Shown here in pieces: positions 59,149 to 64,000 of a DNA stretch of 64,000 nt. The stretch comes from Moniliella sp. 'wahieum' (taxonomy: Eukaryota): the NCBI GenBank assembly GCA_003971905.1, contig RSEE01000012.1, positions 248,001-312,000 of the forward strand, in the 5' to 3' direction. Position 1 is the first letter of the stretch; each line of letters begins with the position of its first letter. A program made the translations under genes and the position numbers. Below the pieces are notes generated by a model. The model saw only the letters and a program-made list of their open reading frames with translations. It was not told where the DNA came from and did no database searches.

Positions 59149-61892
59149 CTACTCTGAGCAATCAATATCCATCCATTCCTCCTGCCCACATCCATTTATC
59201 CATTTCCTTCCGCAGGAGGGTGAGCCTCGTCTCTCATCCGCCTCCTTTCCCGCACCCAGCTTCCGCTGCCAGCCTCACGGTGACTGGTCGGGCGATACGA
59301 GTTGGGCCAGCTTGCCTCGTGCCCGCGCTGCGTCCCCCGTGGTCGCCCAGCAGCCAGGCAGGAGACTCGTTGGAGCTAGGTGGCATCCAAGGCGGCGGGT
59401 CGGACCCGGGTCATGCAGATCGACCCAGGCGCCTGGCGCGGTTGGTACGCCATCGAGCAAACGCTGCTCTGCCTCGGCCAACTCTTCGGTCGACCGGCCG
59501 CAGTTGCACAGCGTATGCGACGTTTTCGTCTCGCCCGTTCCGTACCCTGCTAGCGTCGACCACGAAGGCAGACTCGGTGCGGTCGAGCTCATCCCGCTAG
59601 GCCACCCATGGTCCCTGCGCTGCCGGCCGGCCCGACAGCTGGTGAGCCAGGCGCAGTCAGATTCAGATTGGCAAACGACCGGTGGGTGAAGCTGGAGGAA
59701 CGCGAGCCAAGAGAGGGACGGTGAGGCGCAGGTGAAGTGGCTCGCGTCGGCGTCGAAGTCCCCGAGGTGGGGAGGGAAGTACCCTCCAAACGTGGTGATG
59801 GGCACGCCTGACGGCGTGGAAGGACCGGTACGGACGAAACGGCCTGTGCGGGGTAAAGGCGATGGGCGAAGAGGGTGGGCTGGTGCGGAGGGTGGACCTG
59901 CAACAGCCGAGTGGGCGGGAGGCGAAGACGCCCGGCTAATGGGATGGGACGGAGTGAAGGCATGCAGTCCGCGCGGCCGGTGGAGCGAAACACTGGACCG
60001 GCGCCGCGACAGCACGGGACGGACAGCCAGTCAGAGTGGCCCTCGGATCGTTCGGGCGACGAGTGCCGCGAGCGTCGACCTAATGCAGCGGCCAGGCCCG
60101 ATCCAAGGACGGGCGGTGCGAGCGGCCAGTGCGCTCTTCCCGGTCAGAAGAGGGTTCGGGACTGCCAGAGCGCGAGGTGGCGAGAGGGAACACGGGAATC
60201 AGGGGGAACTGCGCGAGGAGGAGGAGAGGAGAACGAGGGCAGGGTATGGGCGAGCGAGGTAGTCGCCTGCCATGCATCCAACTCGGCCTGCCCCACGCCG
60301 AACGTCCCCCTACGCCCGATGTTGTACCTGGTCCTGGCGTGCCAGGGGCGGAAAGGGTAGAGAAAGTCAGCCCGTTCGAGGGCGAGCCTGGACGAGAAGG
60401 CAAGGGGGACTCAAGCGAGTAGGGCGGTAAGTGATGGTATCATAAGTGTATGCACAGCTCGGGATTGCAATGGCTCGGCGCATGGAAAAGACTTGTACCT
60501 TGGGCTTCCCATAAGAGTCTGACCCAGGTCGCTCGTCCAGCACCGACAAACGGGAAAAGAAGACTTCCACTCCAATTTCATGGGTGACCCGAATGTCCGT
60601 CTTGGATCCCCGGACGGTGCTGGGGCGGCAAATACGGTGCTCAGGCAGGCGCATGATCGCCTTGAGAGAATACCCCTCCCCCTGGCCCTGAGGAACACGG
60701 GCGGGACCGGGTACAGCATGGTCAGCAAATGTGCCGATCAGCGATTCACCAAAAGGCGAAAGGGACGGACGACCGTTCCCTGCACCCCGACCCGGGGTGC
60801 CGCGCAGGCTTTCCCGTTTCCGCATCTGTTCGAGCAAACCAGATCGTATCTTTTTCCGAGACGTGGTCCGGATGACGTGCCTTGTAGGGCATGCAGCCTT
60901 TCTCCCATAGACGCAACTTCTCCATGGGAAGCTTGAGCCACGCCTTGCGCACAGCACTGTAAATCTCGACCGTTTGCTCCAGGAAGACGCGGATGACGTG
61001 AACACTCACCCCCGGTGGCGGGTCAGGGTGATACACGTTGAGCGCAGACGTGCCCCCACAGTCAAGGACGCCGAGACGAGCGAGACACTCATTGGGCCCA
61101 GCGCTTCATGCACATCGTGGTATTGCACATCCAGGGCAGTAGGACCCCCATCCGGAGCGACTTGGAGAACGACATAGATTTCTTGCCAGGTCGAAACGTT
61201 AGCTTTCCCCGACCTGCGCCGACTGCAGTAGCAGTGAGAATGTAGCGCAAGCGGCCGTGTTTGGTCGCTCGAATGGTGGGCTGGTAGCAGGAATAATGAA
61301 GGCATACTCAAATCTGATTCGGGAGTCAAGCAGCAAGATTGTCAGACAACGTACTGTCTTCCTCAAAACCGGATACAACGTACCCATGAATACCCTTGGT
61401 TAAGTGGAGTCCCTCCTGTTTGACATTGAGCGACGCGGAGCGGGACATATCGGGCGCAGTAATGCGAGGCTGTCGGGGAGCATCTTCCTGCAAGTCGGGC
61501 ATCTCTTCGTCCAACGGCGCATCCTCCGCAGAGGCGGTAATGGTCAAGTCACCTCCGCCAGCGATGGGGGTTGGTTGGTTTGATGTGCTGGGGGGCGGTG
61601 CAGGGGTCGGGCCGTTGACGATCTCAACCGTCTTGTTCATAACCATCTTCTCCTCCCAACGGATCCCGCCCTGGGCCGAGGGCTCGGGGAACGCAAGGGT
61701 CTGCAAGCCCTGGAGCGTGACTTTGACGCCATGGATGGTGCGCTCGGAGGGGCAGCGGATCTCCACCAGGCCCGATACGGTCTGGTCGTTGCCGGGCACC
61801 CGGCTGTGTGGCGGCGGGGGGTGGATGAAGACGTCAGGGCTGCCTACGTGCAGCGCAATCTCGCAGGGCTGCTGCACAAAGCTGTTGATCAT
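59149..61892 (-). CDS. Alpha-arrestin-like protein
   Basis: VSGLVEIRCPSERTIHGVKVTLQG...GLHLTKGIHG | FEYAFIIPATSPPFER (arrestin-N pattern), IRVTHEIGVEVFFS, and LPPY-type PY motifs in a disordered tail. Intron ~61314-61383; 3' end uncertain. Confidence 0.65.
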
Positions 61893-62893
61893 CGCCGCGG
61901 GCAGGGGTGGGCGGCGATGGTGGTGGGGGGGGGGGGGGAGCTACTGACTAGGGGTTAGAGTGACAGCCACCATTACAAAGGTCGAATTGAACGGCAGTGT
62001 ATGATGCAAGAGGCCGCATGTGATGCAGTGATGGATGATCGATGAGCCGCCGGCCCAGCCACTGTTTCGTCTCGGTTGGTCTTGGGTGCGGCCTCCGCAG
62101 GGAGAGGCAGTGTGGACTCATTGGTAAGCTCCGCTGCAATTTCGGTCGGCCTACGTGTTTGAGCTTAGCGGTTGCTGCATGCGAGGTTAGGTTACCGGTT
62201 ACAAGGCTCTGACGTTTATCGATTATCGGTTAACGTTTGAGCCGCTCAGCTGCTGAGCCTTTGAGCGTTAAGTTTAACCGGCGGGTTCATATTTTTTCAG
62301 CTGAAAAAAACGGACACAGGACGTCCTGCACTTACTTTGCGGTCCACATCCTCCCCGCCACCACCACACCGCCATCGCCACCGCCACCGCCATCAGATCA
62401 TGTTATTCCTGTCCTACCCCATTGGAAGAAGTGAGACGTTGAGACCGACCCGGCCTGGAACAGCACCGCCGAGCTTTGCTTGCCTCGCTGCTCGCACGGA
62501 GCAGCTGCACTCACAGAATTCATAGAATTCAATGCATTTTTCACCGAAGTTTGAGCACCGTGGAAAAAAACCCTTCGTGTCTCATTTATCTCATTGGAGA
62601 GATAGATCCAGTTCATCGTTCACAGCTCGCTCACATGCCTCAACCACGCTCATTTGTATCCCTCTAATCGCGCTGCATTCAAGGCCCCCGACTTTCTGGC
62701 GACTACAAGGAAAACTGTACTCCATCATCTGCATCATTGACATCAACATCATGATGGCAGCCACGAGGCAGGCGTCATGATGCATGAAACAAGGTATGCA
62801 GAAAAAAACAGGCCGTGCATTTTTTTCGCAAAAAATGGTGGTACACCCGATAACCCCCACAACCCAGTTCTACAAGCAAAAGTGGCTAGTGGC

Positions 62894-64000
62894 TTAATAG
62901 TCGTCACCCCGCGAAACGACCTCTTTGCCCGTTGGACGGAGCAGAATGGTGTGCTCAAACTGAGCCGTCATGGAGCCCGGAATGTCGGCAAGGGGGGGGT
63001 AGTCCTGCACGATCCCGTGCTCGACAAGGTGACGCAGGCCAAGCAAGTAGTTCTTCTCCCCTGTCCGCTCCAAGTAGCGGCGGCACCAAGGCAACGTGCC
63101 AAAGTTGTTGTCGATGGTACGAAGAAGGTTCTTGGCGCTTTGCAAGCGCAATGTCTTACCAACATTGGCGGGAAGATCGAACTTCTTGGCATAGTGGCTC
63201 GTCTCGCCTTGATGAATCACCAAACCCCGGCCGGTCGATCCAAATGTCTCAATAGCAAAGTACTCGCCTTCATCCATCTTGACATCATTGCCGGGCTGAG
63301 CAACAATCGGGACCGACTTGCCGCCGTGAATCTGGTAGGGACGAATATTGTGCCCCTGGAGGTTACGGATGCACTTGACTTGCTGCAGTTTGCCGTCTAC
63401 CTCGTACTCATACGACTCCATCACCTCCTGAATGGCAGCACCGATCTCACCCAGACGCGCATCAATGCCGGCCTCCTGGATACCTTTGTTGGTAGCTGCC
63501 CGCACAGCGTCCAGCAGCGGCTGGTGCGTGTCGTCAAAGGCCAGGGTGAATGCACTGTCCACGATACGGCCCTCGACTTGAACACCAAAGTCAATTTTGA
63601 TCACGTCCTTCTCACCAATCACATGCTTGTCGCCCGTGTTAGGAGAAAAGTGGGCGGCAATCTCGTTGAGATTCAACCCGGTGGGGAACCCAATTCCGGC
63701 CTCGAACCCATTCTCCTCCACCAGCGCCCGCGTTCCATCTTCAATCAAGTTGGCCGCATCAGTGAGGCTCATTCCAGGCTTAATAGTACGCTGAGCATAT
63801 TGGCGCACTTGGCGATGAACCTCGGCCGCACGACGGATCAAGTTGTAGTTGCCCTGCGGCTCCTCCTGAATCAAGCGTTCCCGCTCTTGCAGCTCCGCAA
63901 GCGGAACCCGAGCCCGGTTCTCATCCAAAAACTTGCTCTCGTCGTACGGCTGGATCTCTCCCACGGGGTACGAGTTCTTGGCAAACATCTTCGACACGGG
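62894..64000 (-). CDS. MAP2: Methionine aminopeptidase 2; 5' end outside the window
   Basis: [112 protein letters not shown]. Confidence 0.98.
   Translation of the reverse strand, partial: PVSKMFAKNSYPVGEIQPYDESKFLDENRARVPLAELQERERLIQEEPQGNYNLIRRAAEVHRQVRQYAQRTIKPGMSLTDAANLIEDGTRALVEENGFEAGIGFPTGLNLNEIAAHFSPNTGDKHVIGEKDVIKIDFGVQVEGRIVDSAFTLAFDDTHQPLLDAVRAATNKGIQEAGIDARLGEIGAAIQEVMESYEYEVDGKLQQVKCIRNLQGHNIRPYQIHGGKSVPIVAQPGNDVKMDEGEYFAIETFGSTGRGLVIHQGETSHYAKKFDLPANVGKTLRLQSAKNLLRTIDNNFGTLPWCRRYLERTGEKNYLLGLRHLVEHGIVQDYPPLADIPGSMTAQFEHTILLRPTGKEVVSRGDDY

Noticed and set aside
1..64000. Autonomous transposon, rRNA or viral genes
   Set aside because: No transposase, RT, integrase or rRNA signature recognised in any frame.

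Overview
Eukaryotic, GC-rich, intron-poor fungal DNA (basidiomycete-like; GT(A/G)(C/A)GT...CT(A/G)AC...YAG introns). About 24 protein genes and one intron-containing tRNA-Phe(GAA) can be supported: SEN1-like helicase 3' end, RIC1, CDC10-type septin, anthranilate synthase I, mitoribosomal bS6m and bL31m, Mzm1/LYRM7, an Ecl1-like Zn-motif protein, cytochrome c1, cryptochrome-DASH, class IV-type chitin synthase, an orphan F-box protein, aconitase, cardiolipin synthase, enolase, ammonium transporter, biotin synthase, adenosine kinase, SRF1, an EamA transporter, an amino-acid permease, an arrestin-like protein and MetAP2. Nearly all genes, including essential ones, are broken by 1-nt indels, most likely an unpolished long-read consensus, so several gene ends are approximate. 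All product calls come from motif recognition by eye, not database searches. Two observations stand out. (1) Mzm1 and bL31m are only 10 nt apart and fuse into one frame if a G7 run changes by -1 or +2 nt, with MPP-like RxFS motifs in the linker, suggesting a mitochondrial polyprotein or a dicistronic unit. (2) Intergenic DNA repeatedly carries 7-bp-periodic arrays of A-NNNN-T palindromic hexamers plus a 1-nt spacer, built from many different hexamers and most dense upstream of the ammonium transporter.
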